Source: an uncultured Planctomycetaceae bacterium (GTDB lineage Bacteria > Planctomycetota > Planctomycetia > Pirellulales > PALSA-1355). Taken from it: a DNA stretch of 64,000 bases. Below the pieces are notes generated by a model that was not told the origin of the DNA, did no database searches, and saw only the letters and a list, made by a program, of their open reading frames with translations. Numbering within the stretch: position 1 is the first letter of the stretch; the number at the start of each line of letters is the position of its first letter. A program made the translations under genes and the position numbers. The DNA is taken from NCBI GenBank assembly GCA_963785305.1, contig CAWAUV010000008.1, positions 352,001 through 416,000 on the forward strand, written 5' to 3'. Below, one piece after another: positions 45,229-57,740 of this stretch.

Positions 45229-46589
45229 CCGACTCAAACTACTCTTCGCCGACGACGAACGCTCGCTGCAAGAGCTGATGAGCCTCGAACTGCCGCGCAT
45301 GGGCCATGAGGTCACGGTCTGTCCCGATGGCACGACCGCCGTCGCCGCGCTCAAACGCAACACCTACGACTGCATTCTGGTCGATCTCGACATGCCCGGC
45401 CTTGGCGGCATCGAAGTGATCGCCAAGGCCAAGGAGCTGTCGCCGCGAACCGAAGCCGTGGTGCTTACCGGCAAGTCGTCGCTCGACACCGCGATCGCCG
45501 CGCTCCGGCAAGGCGCGTTTGACTATCTCACCAAGCCTTGCCGGCTGGTCGAGTTGCAAGCCTTGCTCGCGCGCGTGGCCGAAAAACGCGAGCTCGACGC
45601 GCAAGTGCATCGCGCTCAACGCGCAAGTCGAGCGACTCGAGGGCAAGCGCGAACTCGTCGGCGAAAGCCAGGCGATGCAGCGCGTGCGCAAGCTCGTGGC
45701 CAAGGTGGCGCCCACGCATTCGACCGCGATCGTGCTCGGTGAAACCGGAACCGGCAAGGAGCTCGTCGCCCGCTCGCTCCACGATCAGAGCGCGCGAGCC
45801 GAAATGCAGTTCGTGGCCATCAACTGCGGGGCCCTGCCCGAAAGCCTGATCGAGAGTGAACTGTTCGGACATCGTCGCGGAGCGTTCACGGGCGCCGATC
45901 AAAATCGCGTGGGCCTGTTCGAAGTGGCCGACGGCGGCACGTTGTTTCTCGATGAAGTGGGCGAGCTGCCCAAGGCGATGCAGGCCAAACTGCTGCGCGT
46001 GCTCGAAAGCGGCGAGATTCGTCGCGTGGGGGAAAACGAAGCGTTCAAGGTCGATGTGCGGATCGTATGCGCCACGCATCGCAACTTGGAACAAATGGTC
46101 GCCGACGGCGATTTTCGCGAAGACCTGATGTTTCGCATCAACACGTTCGAGATTCGGCTGCCTGCTCTGCGCGAGCGCGTGTCCGACCTGCCGGCCCTGG
46201 CAAGGCACCTGCTCAAACGCCATCGCCCGCAACTGGCCGACGACGATCCCGGCTTCACGCCCGAGGCGCTGCAGACATTGGCCGAACACCCCTGGCCCGG
46301 CAATGTGCGCGAACTGGCCAACGCGATCGAACACGCGACGATTCTTTGCGACTCCGGGGTGATCGACGTGGAGCATTTGCCGGGCAAATTCGGCGCGCTG
46401 CGCGAGAAACTTCCAAGCGGGCAAGATCGGGCCGGTGAGCCTGCGCGAGTTGGAGTTCGAGGCGATTCACCAAGCGATCGACCGCTGGGACGGCAACAAA
46501 GCCAAAGCGGCAGAGGAACTGGGCATCAGCCTCAAGACGCTCTACAACAAGCTGCACCAGAGCGAAGTCGCTCGACAAAGCGGGCTGAT
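45209..46589 (+). CDS. NtrC-family sigma54-dependent response regulator (several frameshifts; ends uncertain)
   Basis: LLFADDE, DLDMP receiver; [38 protein letters not shown]; Fis-type [24 protein letters not shown]. Confidence 0.9.
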
Positions 46590-46717
46590 ACGCGTAGGCT
46601 CGGCGCGAATTCGCGAGCGCCGCGAAGTGCGCGGAGCCGACTTCGCGGGCATTGATAAAAGCGAGGCTGTTCTAGCGCTCGTTCACGGCTGAAATGATGG
46701 ATAATTCGGTTTGCGCA

Positions 46718-46799
46718 TGTGCCATGCCCACTGCCTAGAGTGGGCATCAAGCGCCACGCGAAGTCCTCATGCCCACGCGGGGCCGTGGGCACGGCACAC
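46718..46799. repeat. Inverted pair of REP-like palindromes
   Basis: TGTGCCATGCCCAC...GTGGGCAT and CATGCCCAC...GTGGGCACGGCACA. Confidence 0.65.
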
Positions 46800-47059
46800 G
46801 GAACGAATCCAATCCATCATTGCATATGTGACAAAGCACGAGCAGCCTGTTGAAATATTCAATAGGCCGAGCAGCCGCATGGACGCGGTGTCAAGTTAGC
46901 GACCCAGGTCGTTATTTTGCGATCCGCGACGAGCTTTGCTCGGCGCTTGCCGGAAGAAGAACCACTTTGTCCGCCGACCCTTGCGATGACCTGCCTTTTT
47001 CCGTACCATGACTCCACCTCGGAGACGGTTGAAATGTGGCCTGGAAATTGGCACGGAAA

Positions 47060-47088
47060 TTGACAAACCCCTTCCATGTCATCATATT
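47060..47088 (+). promoter_or_regulatory. Putative sigma70 promoter of tRNA-Arg
   Basis: TTGACA-17 bp-CATATT ending 30 nt upstream of the tRNA. Confidence 0.55.
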
Positions 47089-47116
47089 CATCGGAAAACT
47101 CCAAGGAAATTCCTGT

Positions 47117-47192
<76 letters not shown>

Positions 47193-47567
47193 TTTCTTGT
47201 AAGTTGATTCTGTAGATGATTTTACGGCCTATCCAAGAACTTCGCGAGCCCTCGCAGATCCCTCTCGCAGAGGGGGGTAAATTTGGCGGGGTGGGGGTGG
47301 TCGGATAGGCTCTTGGCATTTCTGCCCATTGAGGGGCAATGCGGGCTCTTCGCCGCGGGCTGTCCGTCAAAAAAGGGACAATCGAGCGTGGGTACCCACG
47401 ATGGCTCGCAAATCGGGCCTCGCGCAACGGGGCAATGTTCCGGCATATTGCATTCGGGCATATTGCCGGCACAAGGTTTTCGGGCCGCGCGGCGGTCTAC
47501 ATCGCCCGTCGCCTTATTTACCTCGTCCCGCTCGGGTCCCCCGGCCAAGCCTACGAGCCAACAAGCC

Positions 47568-48282
47568 TACGAGCTCTGTCAGGTCTGGTATGAGGGATAG
47601 AGTGGCTTAAGTTTTACCCGGGCGTCGGCGGTGGTGAATCGCCAATCGATTTTGCTGCAATTCTGGTTGCGTTGCTGTTCCCAGGCCACCACTTCTCGGC
47701 TCAGTAGCGATTTGCTTTCGATGCGGCGGTCGAGGCATTGTCGCGAAAGCACGCTCAGTTCGGTTTCCGCCATGTTGAGCCAACTGCCGTGCTTGGGAGT
47801 GTAGTGAATCTCCAGCCGCGCGGCCAAGGCGCGGGCCGTCTCCGGATCAAAGGCTTCATACAAGCTGGCGATGCCGTGGGTATTCAGATTGTCCATGACC
47901 AGCACCAGCACCGTTGCCTTGGCATACACGGTCAGTAGCAAGTAGCGAATGAATCGAGCCCAATCGGTGCGCGTCCGTTGATCGGTGACTTGCACCGTGC
48001 GTTGGCCCGCCAGCGGTTCGACGGCCATAAAGATGTTCGCCGTGCCACGGCGTTCGTATTCACTGTCGAATTTGGCAACGTCTCCGGGACGCGGTGGCAG
48101 CGGATCGCGGACTTCGGCCACCAACTGCTTGCTGCATTCATCCATGCAGACCATTGGCCGGCTGGGATCCTGGGGGCGATGGTACACTTCCAACACATCT
48201 TCCATCGCGGCCACGAATTCAGCCGATGGCCCACTGGGCAGGCGCCAGCCCTTCTTCAACCCGAAGTTGTCGCACAAGCCTA
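47568..48282 (-). mobile_element. IS630-family transposase, C-terminal DDE half only
   Basis: FVAAMEDVLEVY, VCMDE, EYERRGT, LVMDNLNTH, HYTPKHGSWLNMAETE, WRFTTADARVKL; N-terminal HTH missing. Confidence 0.85.
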
Positions 48283-48434
48283 TAGGGAATCTCGCCATAC
48301 GATGCGTATTTTTCGCCCGTCTCGGCGTCCTCGAAACGGGCTTCTGGCCATTCCCGCCGCACGATGCGCGCACACGCATCCAAAGACGCAAACGAACCGT
48401 CCGCGGTGATCACGATATCGGTACCGCCGATCAT
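48283..48434 (-). pseudogene. 5' part of a hypothetical gene interrupted at the IS boundary
   Basis: AGGAG-like SD then MIGGTDIVI...EWPEARFEDA...; coding character is lost at ~48282. Confidence 0.35.
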
Positions 48435-48800
48435 ACTTCGTGCTCCCTCAGCATCGCGGTCTCGCCATGCGCGATTTGCCGATCGCGCGTTACGGAGTAG
48501 TCGGTTGCGGAACAGAATATCCATCTTCCGCGATCGCCTGGCAACGGCGTGAGGCCGCTATCCCCTTGAAATGGAATGCGAATTGAAGCTTGTCGCGGCA
48601 GCCACGAACAAAAATTCGCTTACCAAGGTTGATTGTTCCCGGCGGGAGCGTTGTAAAATACGCTCACGCGGGGTGGTCGCCGGGCGGTTGAGCAGTCCTG
48701 AAAAGCCAAGTTCGTTGAGAGCGAATCGCATCAGACCCTGTTTTATTAGTGGAGTGAAACAAGTCCCTCCTCCTCGTCAGTAGGTCCGCCAGCCACCGTT

Positions 48801-50891
48801 TCACAACGCGGGTCCGCCGTCGCCCCGTTTGTTCTTGGGCTGCCTGCGCCGAGCCGATTTGCGCCCCGGTCGGTAGCCCTGGCTCGACAAACCGCGTTCG
48901 CCGGGCTTTTCGCCTTTGGCCGGATTTCCCATCGCGTGGTAGTGATCGGCGTCGTTCGCCTTTTGCCGCCGGGCTTCGATCGCTTCGCGCGGCGGCTGAT
49001 CTGGGATCAAACAATCGCAGCCGCGGCCAATCAGGTCTTGCCGGCCGGCTTGTTCCAAGGCGCGGCGCACTTCGAAGTAGTTTTCCGGCTTGAAGAACTG
49101 CATCAGGGCTCGTTGGGTTTTACGATCTCGCAAGCCCTGGGCCACTTGCACCGACCGCTTGGTGAACGGATCGAGCCCGGTGTGGTACATGCAAGCCGCA
49201 ATGTCGAACGGGCTGGGAATGAAGTCCTGCACCTGATCGGGCCGGTAACTGTTTCGCTTCAAAAACACGGCCAGCTCGATCATCGAGTCGAGCGTGCTGC
49301 CCGGATGGCTGGCAATGTAATAGGGCACCAGATACTGCTTCTTGCCCGCGGCCTTGGAGGCTTTCTTGAACTCGCGGTCGAACGCCTCGAAATCCTCGCT
49401 CGAGGGCTTCTTCATCAGCGAAAGCACCTCGGGATCGACATGCTCGGGCGCCACCTTCAAATAACCGCCGACATGATGGCGCGTGAGCTCGCGCATATAC
49501 TCGGGGCTGCGGTGCGCGAGGTCCATGCGAATGCCCGAGGCCACCAGCGCCTTCTTCACGCCCGGCGTCTCGCGCACGGCTTGCATCAATTCGATGAGCG
49601 GGCCATGGTCGGTTCCCAGCAGCTTGCAAATCGTGGGATGCACGCAGCTCAACCGCCGGCAACGCGCCTCGACCTCGGGTCGCGAGCAGCGCATTTGATA
49701 CATGTTGGCCGTCGGCCCGCCGATATCGCTCACGATGCCCTTGAAATCGGGCTCGTCGACCATGCGCTCGATTTCGGCGAGCACCGACTGCCGGCTGCGG
49801 CTCTGAATGATGCGGCCTTCGTGGGCCGTGATCGAGCAAAATGTGCAGCCGCCGAAACAGCCGCGCATGATCTGCACGGAATCCTTCACCACCTCAAATG
49901 CCGGAATGCTCTGCTTGCCATACGACGGATGCGGCCGCCGCGTGAACGGCAATCCATACACGCGATCCATCTCGGCCTGCGCGAGCGGCGCCGGCGGTGG
50001 ATTCACCACCACGCATTCGCGATCGTGATATTGCACGAGCCGGCGGGCATTGTAGGGATTGGTTTCGTTGTGCGCGATCTTGGTCATTTCGGCAAACAAC
50101 CATTTATCGCGCGACGCTTCCTCGTAGCTCGGCAGCGTCAGGGCGGCGACACCATGCCGATCCGGCTCGAGCGGCGGCGGCTCGCTGGCGCCCAGGCGAT
50201 AGGCCACGCCGCGCATATCGCGCAGGTCGCGCGTCGTTTCCCCGGCCGCGAGCCGATCGGCCACTTCCAAGATGCCGCGCTCGCCCATGCCATAAACCAA
50301 GAGGTCGGCCTTGCAGTCCATGAGAATCGATCGCCGGACCTTATCGCTCCAGTAATCGTAGTGGGCAATGCGCCGCAAACTAGCCTCGACTCCGCCGGCG
50401 ATCACCGGTGCGCCCTTGAATGCTCTGCGCGCCCGTTGGCAATAGGCGAGCGTTGCCCGATCCGGGCGGCGACCGATCGCGCCGCCGGGGCTATAGGCGT
50501 CGTCGTTGCGAACTTTTTTGTTGGCCGTGTAGTGGTTGATCATCGAGTCCATGTTGCCGGCGCTGATCGCGAAGAACAGTCGCGGCCGGCCAAACGTCTT
50601 CCATGGCTCGCAGGAGCGCCAATCGGGCTGGCTCAAGATGCCCACGCGATATCCGGCGCTTTCGAGCAGCCGGCCGAGCAGCGCCATGGCGAAACTCGGA
50701 TGATCGACATAGGCGTTGCCGGTGACGAATACCACATCGACTTCGTCCCAACCGCGCTCGCGCATTTCCTGACGCGACATCGGCAAGGGCGGCGTGGCCT
50801 CGCGCGCTGCGCGGGGCGAACCGGCCGGCGCCGCCAGCGACGGGCTTTCGAGGATCGGCAGCGAGGCGAGCGGTAGGGCATTGGAACGCAT
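48801..50891 (-). CDS. ygiQ: YgiQ (UPF0313) family radical SAM protein
   Basis: [58 protein letters not shown]. Confidence 0.92.
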   Translation of the reverse strand: MRSNALPLASLPILESPSLAAPAGSPRAAREATPPLPMSRQEMRERGWDEVDVVFVTGNAYVDHPSFAMALLGRLLESAGYRVGILSQPDWRSCEPWKTFGRPRLFFAISAGNMDSMINHYTANKKVRNDDAYSPGGAIGRRPDRATLAYCQRARRAFKGAPVIAGGVEASLRRIAHYDYWSDKVRRSILMDCKADLLVYGMGERGILEVADRLAAGETTRDLRDMRGVAYRLGASEPPPLEPDRHGVAALTLPSYEEASRDKWLFAEMTKIAHNETNPYNARRLVQYHDRECVVVNPPPAPLAQAEMDRVYGLPFTRRPHPSYGKQSIPAFEVVKDSVQIMRGCFGGCTFCSITAHEGRIIQSRSRQSVLAEIERMVDEPDFKGIVSDIGGPTANMYQMRCSRPEVEARCRRLSCVHPTICKLLGTDHGPLIELMQAVRETPGVKKALVASGIRMDLAHRSPEYMRELTRHHVGGYLKVAPEHVDPEVLSLMKKPSSEDFEAFDREFKKASKAAGKKQYLVPYYIASHPGSTLDSMIELAVFLKRNSYRPDQVQDFIPSPFDIAACMYHTGLDPFTKRSVQVAQGLRDRKTQRALMQFFKPENYFEVRRALEQAGRQDLIGRGCDCLIPDQPPREAIEARRQKANDADHYHAMGNPAKGEKPGERGLSSQGYRPGRKSARRRQPKNKRGDGGPAL

Positions 50892-51223
50892 AAGCGATTC
50901 GCGGGGCGGGGGTTCGCGGAATTCGCCCACGCAAGGCAACGCCATGAATCATGGCCGCGGCATGCGTTTGGCGGGCGATCATAACCCGAGCATTGTACCA
51001 CGTTCGCCTGGGGGGCGGTGGAATGAAAATCGTCGGCCAGTCGCCCCGCTCGCGGCGACCGGCGAGAGGCGCGGGATCGCACTTTTGCGGATTTTTTCGC
51101 CCGCCGTTCGATTGACGCTTTCCCAGGGCGCTCGCATATTGACGACCTTCGGAGTCACGCGCGGTTCTCGATCGCCCGAACAACGAATCGAATTGATAAA
51201 ATTACCCAAAGGAGCATCTCCCG

Positions 51224-51679
51224 ATGGACCCGCTTGCGAAAGTCGTCTCGTTCGATCCCACCAAAAAGGCGTTCTCGTTCTACGAGGAGTTCAAGACCTT
51301 TGCCTTCAAGGGCAATGTGATCGACTTGGCCGTGGGCGTGATCATCGGCGGGGCGTTTGGCAAGATCATCGCCTCGCTCGTGTCCGACATCATCATGCCG
51401 GCGATCAGCATCATCACTCCCGGCAAGCAGGGATATCTCGATTGGAAATGGGTCGTCGAGGGCCAGGAGATTCCCTACGGCAAGTTTTTGGGCGAAGTGG
51501 TGAATTTTTTGATCGTGGCGCTGGCGTTGTTTATTTTCATCGTCAAGTTCGTGGGCTGGATCATGCGGAGCAAAAAGGCGGAAGCCGCCGCGCCGCCCCC
51601 CCCGCCCGTGCCGACCAAGGAAGAACTGCTCCTCGCCGAGATTCGCGACCTGCTCAAAGCCGGCGCCGCGAATAAATAG
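51224..51679 (+). CDS. mscL: Large-conductance mechanosensitive channel
   Basis: EFKTFAFKGNVIDLAVGVIIGGAFGKII.SLV.DIIMP; YGKF; LLAEIRDLL. Confidence 0.97.
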   Translation: MDPLAKVVSFDPTKKAFSFYEEFKTFAFKGNVIDLAVGVIIGGAFGKIIASLVSDIIMPAISIITPGKQGYLDWKWVVEGQEIPYGKFLGEVVNFLIVALALFIFIVKFVGWIMRSKKAEAAAPPPPPVPTKEELLLAEIRDLLKAGAANK

Positions 51680-51713
51680 CCGCCGGCCGCGGCGCGTTTC
51701 CAAGAAGGAAGTT

Positions 51714-51797
51714 CTCACGCGGAGGCGCGGAGAACGCGGAGGGGGGAATGGTGTTCGACGGCATGTCGATCAATTCTTTCTCCGCGCCTCCGCGTGA
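51714..51797. repeat. Inverted repeat TCACGCGGAGGCGCGGAGA / TCTCCGCGCCTCCGCGTGA (REP-like)
   Basis: Perfect ~19-bp inverted pair downstream of mscL. Confidence 0.65.
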
Positions 51798-52053
51798 TCC
51801 TTCTCTGGCATGAGCATGCAAATTCGGCGGCGCGACTCGGCGAAAGGGCGCCGCCCGCATGCTCGGCATAATCGCTCATTTCGGAACGCTCGCGCCACGC
51901 CAATGCGTCTGGTTGCAAAAAAGCAACGTGTTTCGTTTGCACATCGTCCAGATTGGGGTAGGGTTGCCGTGTCCCACCATCGGCCCCGGCCCGCGCTTGT
52001 TTCAGGCGGTATTCCGAGGCTGGTTCTCTGTGCCTGCCTGGAGGATGTGAATC

Positions 52054-52239
52054 ATGCGCAAATTGATGTTGCTTGGCTTTTTGGCCTTGGTCACCGTGAC
52101 CGCGCCCGGCTGCTTCGGCGGCGGGAGCTGGCGTCCGGGTCTGTTCAATCGTCAGCATCCGACCGAATGCTGCTGCGATCCGTGTGGCGGCGCGACGATG
52201 ATGGCGCCCCCGGTCGTTCAGGGAAGCTGCTGCCAATAA
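52054..52239 (+). CDS. Small Cys-rich putative lipoprotein
   Basis: GGAGG SD; MRK + hydrophobic stretch + APG-C lipobox-like site; CCCDPC. Confidence 0.55.
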   Translation: MRKLMLLGFLALVTVTAPGCFGGGSWRPGLFNRQHPTECCCDPCGGATMMAPPVVQGSCCQ

Positions 52240-52320
52240 GCAGCGGCAAGTCCCCGCGAACCGACGATCGGCCGCAAGGTCGGCCCGGCGCCAACAGCCT
52301 ATCCGAGAACTTCGGCGAAC

Positions 52321-52355
52321 CGTCACCCTACCCTCTCCCAAAGGGCGAGGGGGGA
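52321..52355. repeat. CACCCTACCCTCTCCC...GGGCGAGGG REP-like element
   Basis: Matches the widespread CCCTCACCC...CCCTCTCCC...GGGAGAGGG palindrome class. Confidence 0.55.
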
Positions 52356-52700
52356 GTTGTCGGATAGGCGCTGAATGTCGTCTCGGCGCCTGGCGCTCGA
52401 ACAACACGCGATCCCGATCCAAACGCAATTGACCCTCCGCCGCGCAACGTGGCCGGAGGGCTTTGCGTTTTATGGGGGAATTCGGCGCAGAGCGCATCGC
52501 GATTCAAAAGCCGGCAGCGCGGGATGGAACGTCGGAACACCGCGGCAATATGCATTGAAATGAGGAATTTCATGATCGCCCGCGCATGATCCGGCGCCTT
52601 GGTGAACAAAGGAGCGAGGCAGAGGGGGGCTTGCGAGCCGCGAACGGTATCCCCACAATTTCCCAGCATCCTCCCGCTCATTCCTTGATTCGGATCGCAC

Positions 52701-55700
52701 ATGGCCCGGAAGAGACGCGCACCGGCGGACGAACCGCTTCTCGCCGAGATCGACCGTCGTTACGAGCGCCGCACTCGACGGCAGCGGACCCTCTTTATCC
52801 CCCGATTCGTCCGCGAGGAAGCGGGCAAGCCTCCCCTCGACGGCGAACGACGGGATCGCGCCCATGCCATCGCCTTGCGCTGGGCCCAACTCGAAACCCT
52901 CGGCCGACTCCACGACGATCGGGAGACCTCGATCGACGTGCGGTTTCTCGACGAACTATTCGGCGAAGGGCTCGGCTACAGCGTCAAATCGACGGACGCG
53001 AACTGGGAACTAGAACATAAGCGGCCGGTTCAGGGAGTGGGCATCGCCGATGCCGCCCTCGGCGACTTCCCCGCCAACCCCACGCCCCGCGTCGTCATCG
53101 AACTCAAGGGAGCGGCCATCGACCTCGACCGCGACCGATCCAACGGCCGTACGGCCGTCCAGCAATGCTGGGACTATCTGAACGCGCTGCCCGAATGCCA
53201 ATGGGGCATCGTTTCCAATTTCAGGACGATTCGCCTCTATCACAAAGCGCGCGGCATCCTTGCCTATGAAGAATTCGCGCTTCAGGAACTGCGCGATCGA
53301 AGCAAGTTCGACGAATTCCATGTTATTTTCGAACACGATGGCCTGCTCCCGTCTCGGCTCGGTCAACCGCCCCGCGTCGAGCTTCTGCTCAAGAAAACCG
53401 CCGAACGGCAAAAGACCGTCGGCGACGAACTTTACAAGCAATATCAGAGCCAGCGGCTCCGTCTGATCGAATACCTGCATCAGGTCGAAAAGAAGGAACT
53501 CGACGAAGCCATCCGCATCGCGCAGAAATTGCTCGACCGCATCATCTTCATCGCGTTCTGCGAGGACCGGGAACTCCTGCCGGACAAAACACTCGCCACC
53601 ACCATCAATGACACGGACCGTTATAGCCGGGCAAAAAACCCCGCCTGGGACAACTTCCTCAAGCTCTTCACCGCCATCGATCAGGGCGTCGAAACGGACA
53701 AAGTCAGGATCACCCCGTTCAATGGCGGGCTCTTCGCCGACGATCCCGCCATTAATTCCCTGGTCTTGAAGGAAAGAAAGTGGACCAATGGACTGGCGGG
53801 ATTCGGACTCTACGACTTCTCCGAGGAAGTGAACGTCGATGTGCTGGGCCGCCTCTTCGAGCGCAGCATCACCGAACTGGAGAAACTTCGCATCGGCGGA
53901 CTCTACGCCCTGAAAGCCAACGCGCCGGAGGAAACACGGATTTCCAAAATGCCCAAGAGCGTCAGCGCAAGCGCTTCGGCATTTATTATACGCCACCGGC
54001 TTTCACCGGTCTCATCGTCGAACGCACTGTCGATGCGCTGGTCCGCGAATGCTTCGCGAGTGAGGCCAAAGCCCACGGCCTCAATCCCGAACATCGTCGA
54101 AATCAGAATCCGACGAAGCTGCTCTCCTACTGGCGCTCCTGCTGGAACCTGCTGGAGAAGATCGCGGTCATCGATCCCGCCTGCGGCTCCGGCGCGTTCC
54201 TCATCCGAGCCTACGATGCCCTGGAAGCTTGGTATCTCACTGTCGTTCACGGTCTCGCCGGCGTGGGCGAAGCCGAGGCCAGTGTCGCCGCCTATTCCGA
54301 GGAAATCTCCGATCGGATTCTGCGCCACAACCTTTTCGGCGTCGATCTCTCCCGCGAAGGGGTTGAAATCTCCCAGCTCGCCCTCTGGATTCGCTCCGCC
54401 CGAATCGGCCGCACCCTAGCCGACCTCTCGCAAAACATCGTGCGTGGCAACAGTCTGGTTTCAGACCCCGCCATCGATCCACACGCGCTCGACTGGCCGC
54501 GGCAGTTTCCCGAGGTCTTCGCTCGCGGCGGGTTCTCCTGCGTCATCGGCAATCCGCCCTGGGAACGCGTGAAGGTGCAGGACCGCGAGTTTTTCTCGCT
54601 CATCGATCCCGAGACCGCCGGAGCCGTCAGCGCCGCCGACCGCAAGAAACGCATCGCCGGCATGGGAACCACCAACCCGGAGCTTTACGCCGATTATCTC
54701 AAGGCCCGGGAGCAAGCCCAGAAGCTGCTCGATTACTCTCGAGCCGGTAGTTACCCCCTTACCGGCAAGGGCGACGTCAATCTGTACATGCTCTTCGCCG
54801 AGCTTGCCGGCAAACTCGTCGCCCCAAACGGCATCGCCGGCCTGCTGGTCCCTTCCGGCATCGCGACCGACGACACGACCAAGGCGTTCTTCAACGATCT
54901 CATGGACAACCAGCGGCTCGTTTCGCTTTACGACTTCGAGAATAAAGAGGGGCATTTCGAAGACGTGCATCGTTCATTCAAATTCACCGCGTTGATCTTT
55001 GGCGGCGCGAATTGTAACCACGAACAAGCCGATTTCGTTTTCTTCGCCCGCAATGTCGAGGAAACCGCCGAGAGCTTCAAGCACCGACACATCGCGCTCA
55101 CGGCGAAGGACATGGCGCTACTGAACCCGAACACGAAGACTTGCCCCATCTTCCGCACCCGTCGCGACGCCGAGTTGACTAAGAGCATCTACAAGCGCGT
55201 GCCGATCTTGATCGACGAGAATCGACGCATCGGCGGCAATCCCTGGGGCATCAAGTTCTTCACCATGTTTCACCAGACCAACGACGCGGAGCATTTCCAG
55301 CCGGCCAAGGTTTGGAAAAAGCAAGGATACCGGCTGCGCGGGAACATCTACATGAAGGGAGCCAGCCGAGCGCTGCCACTGTATGAGGCGAAGATGGTGC
55401 AGGCTTTCGATCACCGCGCCGCGAGCGTGATCGTCGACGAAGCAAACTGGGTTCGCCAGGGCCAGAAGGAGGAAACCTCGCTGGTGGAGCATCAGAACCC
55501 GGAGTTTGGCCCTGCGCCGCGCTGGTGGGTGAGCGAGGAAGCGGTGACGGAGGTCACGAAGGAACGCCGTCGCGAATGGCTGTATGCGTACAAAGACGTC
55601 ACCAGCGCAACCAACGAGCGGACGATGATCGCCGCCTTCTTGCCGTGGGTTGCGGTCGTCAATTCCGCGCCGCTCATGTTGCCCGGAGAATCCATCACAC

Positions 55701-56185
55701 CGCGGCTGGAAGCGTGCCTGCTCGCCAACCAGAATTCCTATGTGTTCGATTTTGTCGCGCGTCAGAAGGTAGGCAGCGTGCATCTCAACTTCTTCATTGT
55801 CGAGCAACTCCCCACGCTGCCGCCCGCGGTCTATGGGGAGAAGTGCCCGTGGTCGAAGAAGGAGACGCTCGAGCAGTGGATCAGCGAGCGGGTGCTGAAG
55901 CTGAGTTGCACCGCGGAGGATATGACGCCGCTGGCCAAGGCATGCGGGTTTAAGGGTTCGCGTGGCGATGGCGTGCATATCTGGAAGGAAGCGGAGCGGG
56001 CCGAACTGCGGATGGAACTGGATGCCGCATTTTTCCACCTCTACGGCCTCACTCGGGACGACGTGGAGTACATCCTCACCACGTTCACCAACACCGGCTT
56101 CGACCGGAAAGCTAAAAAGTTCGTTTGGCCGCCCGACAGCACCGGGCATCGAATCCTCGAATGCTACGACCGCCTCGCGGGCTGA
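52701..56185 (+). CDS. Type IIG/Eco57I-like fused restriction endonuclease-N6-adenine methyltransferase (frameshift ~53960)
   Basis: N-terminal AD...VIELK nuclease; FNGGLF; GIYYTP; DPACGSGAFL; IGNPPW; C-terminal TNERT.IAA target-recognition region. Confidence 0.88.
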
Positions 56186-56389
56186 CCGCGTTCGGAGTGA
56201 ATATCCGATGGATCGTTTCTCGCGCCGAGAATAGTTGAGAGCCACAACGTCACGTCGGCGTCCGCGAGATTTGAATCCTTTGCCCGGGTCGATTACATTC
56301 AACTGGGTGCCCGAACCCCTTTCCGTCGGCCGCTCCAACCGACTATCGCAAATACGATGGTCCGCCTTCTTCGCAACGAAAGCCTTGCC

Positions 56390-57668
56390 ATGCGATTTCG
56401 CCCGCTCGCGCTGCTCGCCGCGCTGCCGCTCGCTCTCGTCGCGTTCGTCCTCGCAATCCAGGTCGCCCAGGTCGCGGCGGCCGCGGGCGACAACTGGCCC
56501 GAGTTTCGCGGTCCCTCGGGCGATGGCCACGCCGGCAATCCGGGCCTGCCGCTCACCTGGAGCGAGACCGAGCATGTGCGCTGGAAGACACCCATCCACG
56601 ACAAAGGCTGGTCGTCGCCGGTGGTGTGGGGCAAGCAAATCTGGTTGACGACCGCCCTGGCCGATGGCAAGGCCAACTATGCCTTGTGCGTCGATCTCGA
56701 GTCGGGCAAGATTCTGCGCGATATCAAACTTTGGGAGATCGAGGAGCCGCAATTTTGCCATCCGTACAACAGCTATGCTTCGTCGACGCCGGCGATCGAG
56801 GAAGGACGCGTCTATGTTCACTTCGGCTCGCAAGGCACCGCCGCCCTCGACACCGCGACCGGCAAGGTGCTCTGGTCGCGCCGCGATTTGGAATGCAACC
56901 ATTTCCGCGGCCCGGGCTCGTCGCCCATCTTGTGGAAGAACCTGCTGATCCTCACATTCGACGGATTCGACTTTCAATATCTCGTGGCGCTCGACAAAGC
57001 GACCGGCAAGACGGTGTGGCGCCGGGATCGGGACCTGGAATATGGCACCACCGATGGCGACATGAAGAAGGGTTATAGCACTCCGCACGTGATCTCGGTT
57101 GGTGGCCGGCTCGAGCTCGATCAGCCCCAGCGCCGGCGCCACCGTGGCCTATGATCCCGCCACGGGCGCGGAGCTTTGGCGAGTGCGTTCGATGGGCATG
57201 AACTCGGCCATCAGGCCGCTCTATTCCCATGGACTCGTCTTTTGCACCACCGCCTCGCAGGGCTTTCAGCTTTTCGCCACCAAACCGGGCGGCCAGGGTG
57301 ATGTAACCGAAAAGATGGTCGCTTGGAAGCAGCCGAAGAGCATTCCCAGCCGCTCGTCGCCGCTGGCAATCGGCGACCGGCTGTTTATGGTAAGCGACAA
57401 GGGCGTCGCGTCGGCAGTGGACATCGGCGACGGCAGACAGATTTGGCAGCAGCGGATCGATAGCAAATTCACCGCGTCGCCGATCTATGCCGATGGCCGG
57501 ATTTATTGTTTTGGCGAAGACGGCACGTGTCCCGTGATCGCGCCGGCCGATGAGTTCAAGGAACTGGCCGTCAACCATCTGGACGATGGCTTCATGGCCT
57601 CGCCCGCCGTGGCGGGCAAGGCGCTGATCGTGCGCGGCAAGACGCATCTCTACCGCATCGAGCAATAA
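56390..57668 (+). CDS. PQQ-binding-like beta-propeller protein (frameshift ~57118)
   Basis: Signal peptide; NWPEFRGP.GDG; GWSSPVV; repeated ALD..TGK.LW. Confidence 0.9.
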
Positions 57669-57740
57669 ACGTATCGGGCAATCGCCTGATCGAGCAATCA
57701 TCATCGCGGGCGCGAGCGCGCCGCCGGGAGGCGTTTTTTC

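Noticed and set aside
48936..57142. Long antisense ORFs (e.g. 48936..50876 +, 55118..57142 -)
   Set aside because: Shadow ORFs opposite well-supported genes in high-GC DNA
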